A stretch of DNA of 63,872 nt, filler included, from Octopus bimaculoides (Eukaryota): NCBI RefSeq assembly GCF_001194135.2. It is 10 parts of 10 records of this genome, joined end to end, with 100 filler letters (N's around TTAATTAATTAA, not from the genome) between each part and the next. Parts side by side here need not be neighbours in the genome. Positions count along the whole stretch, not along the records: positions 60,434 to 62,338 come from NW_026392793.1; positions 62,439 to 63,872 come from NC_068984.1; 8 more parts are not named here. One strand, 5' to 3'. A program made the translations under genes and the position numbers. The stretch's first letter is position 1; each line of letters begins with the position of its first letter. The notes under the pieces are model-generated. The model did no database searches. It worked only from the letters and a program-made list of their open reading frames with translations, and was not told the origin of the DNA. This document shows positions 61,809 through 63,872 of the stretch, one piece after another.

Positions 61809-62679
61809 AGCTGTGGGCTAGCCTTGTGAGAAACAGGAATGGCTACTCCTGTTCCGCAAGGGAAGAGCTGTAGAAAAATGTGTTAAGCGCACTGTGCTGA
61901 GGAGCCTGATTGGNNNNNNNNNNAATGTGTTAAGCGCACTGTGCTGAGGAGCCTGATTGGCCTCCGCAGGTACCTGCGGAGGTCGTGTCGGATAATGACC
62001 TAAGCATGGTGGTGAATTCCTTCTGCCTTCGCAAATTCTGGTTCGCGGAGTGGGCTAACCTAGGTCTATCATTGTGCTGGAGAGACACACTGAATATGGT
62101 CGGGGCGGTAAACAAGTAAGAGCACGAATGCTTCATATTGTGGGATCATGTGATCCATAAATGAAATATTATAAGAAGCAAGTGCCTGAATAATTTGGTG
62201 TTTTATGTTTGAGGTTCATAGCCTCAATTTGTAAATTTTTCTGATTTATAAAAGAACAGTGTTTTAGTGAAGCAAAGTTCGGCGGGCGGCTTTTGTCTTC
62301 TCCCATTTATACCATCATGTTTATCATCCATTTCATCTNNNNNNNNNNNNNNNNNNNNNNNNNNNNNNNNNNNNNNNNNNNNTTAATTAATTAANNNNNN
62401 NNNNNNNNNNNNNNNNNNNNNNNNNNNNNNNNNNNNNNGTGTGTGTGTGTGTGTGTGTGTGCGTGCGTGTGTGTGTGTTTACAGATAGATTATAGATTTA
62501 GATTGATAAATTGATCGATAGATAGAACAATATATATATACATATATCAGTGAGCCATCCATTCTGGCCATGACTGTAATGTATATATGTATGTATATAT
62601 ACGACCCTCTTAAGGTATATCCATGCATGTACATACATACATACGTAAACATTTAAAATGTAACTTACGCACAGGCGTG

Positions 62680-63010
62680 GTTTTGTAGTAAGAAGTTTAC
62701 TTCCTAACCAGATGTCACCAGGTTCAGTCCCAGTGCGTGACACCTTGGGCTGAAAGAATCATGTCGTATAAATGTGTGTGTGTGTGTGAGTGCGCGTGTG
62801 TGTGTATTTGTCAATAGGTGTTGGTGTGTTTACATCCCTGTGACCTAGTGGCTCGACAAAAGAAACCATTTGAATAAGTACCGGGCTTAAAAGAAAAAAT
62901 AATAATAAACACTACGATCGATTCGCTCGACTAAAAATCCTTCGAGGCGGTGCCCCCAGCACGGCCGTAGCCTAATGACAGAAACAAATATTCGAAGAAT
63001 AAAATAAAGA
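62680..63010 (+). mobile_element. Family A SINE, degenerate head and tail
   Basis: GGTTCAGTCCCAGTGCGTGACACCTTGGGC and GGCGGTGCCCCCAGCACGGCCGTAG..TGACAGAAACAA. Confidence 0.75.
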
Positions 63011-63872
63011 TATAAGAATGTGTGTATGCATAACATGCGCACGCGCACTTGTGCCCTTATGAAAGTAAAGTACACACACACACACGCACACACACACACA
63101 CACAAACACACGCGCACACTAAATATAAAACAAAACGATTTTAACAGTTTACTATATTTACACAGATGACAGCTTGAAATCTATGCTTGAATTTCTTCAT
63201 AAAAATATCAAACTATTATTAGTATTGTTAATCTTGCACATTAACTCTTCTATACATTAATGCATATATTAATATATTAAACTATCGTATACATTAACTC
63301 GCCTATACATCAATGCCCATATTAATATATTACTACAGTTGTATATTGTGTTTCCATTTTTGCTTATAGCTCTTCGGAGATGGGTATGCTTGCGTTGGTA
63401 CTGTTTATAACACTGATGTTTGCGTATGCAACCGTGCGTATGAGTGGCATATTTATAAAGAATTGTAAAAAATTATAGAAGTTTACTAAATATGACAGAC
63501 ATTGTTTACAAAATTTGATCATATTAACTTTAGTAGTTTCTAAACTCTCAGAGTTTTCGACAATCAAGCAAACAAACAAAACAATAACGGTGGCTCTTCA
63601 TTTTTTTTTTGCTAGCTAGATATGTAGGATGGTAGAGGTGTGATAAGTTCTGATTTCTTCATATCTAATCCTTTTTAATATGATCTAAAAGAAAAACAAA
63701 ACAAAAAATACATCCTCGCAGAAGTGAATTCCTAGTTGAAATGTTCAATCATGGCACCGGCTTATGTGCGCACGCGCATGTGTATGTGTGTGTGCGTACA
63801 TAGAGGTATATGCATATATTCATATGCACGTATGTATTTATGTATGTATATATATATATATGTATATGTATA

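Noticed and set aside
61877-61960. Direct repeat AATGTGTTAAGCGCACTGTGCTGAGGAGCCTGATTGG
   Set aside because: The two copies flank a 10-N gap; this is an unmerged contig overlap.
10502-62394. TTAATTAATTAA repeated nine times (about 10502, 16925, 23256, 38044, 43760, 50415, 56738, 60378, 62383)
   Set aside because: Always centred in a roughly 100-base N block; it is a six-frame stop linker added during scaffolding, not biology. It also means neighbours across these gaps may not be truly adjacent.
1950-63117. Numerous YIYI, CVCV, HTHT, poly-E, poly-I, poly-L and X-filled ORFs
   Set aside because: Translations of microsatellites or N-gaps; no coding evidence.

Overview
AT-rich, gap-ridden eukaryotic genomic DNA dominated by microsatellites and transposable elements. 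The SINE families and LINE/Penelope/mariner content point to an octopus (cephalopod) draft assembly; this is inference, not a database result. No host protein-coding gene can be confidently supported, and most ORFs in the track are microsatellite or N-gap artefacts. Recognisable content: several tRNA-derived SINE families (CORE-like, Nin/Deu-like, V-like and others), Tx1/L1-like LINE fragments, Penelope-like element (PLE) remnants, at least four Tc1/mariner remnants, a Tigger/pogo remnant interrupted by two insertions, a Gypsy-type LTR with PPT, a heavily mutated Gypsy gag/protease remnant, and several fold-back elements. The most notable observations: (1) three or four minimal type-I hammerhead ribozyme motifs (44350-44421, 55572-55621, 5877-5940, 11265-11345) in short non-coding, (TA)n-associated repeats, co-occurring with PLE reverse transcriptases, suggesting a PLE/retrozyme-like system; (2) a 55-bp tandem array whose unit is a 20-bp TG..CA mini-LTR plus a tRNA-Ser(GCT) primer-binding site; (3) a CpG-free, apparently G-to-A hypermutated Gypsy remnant; (4) an in-frame chimera of two Tc1/mariner families; (5) a SINE carrying a Tx1-LINE-type tail. 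TTAATTAATTAA linkers inside N-gaps are assembly artefacts, so contiguity across them is unproven.
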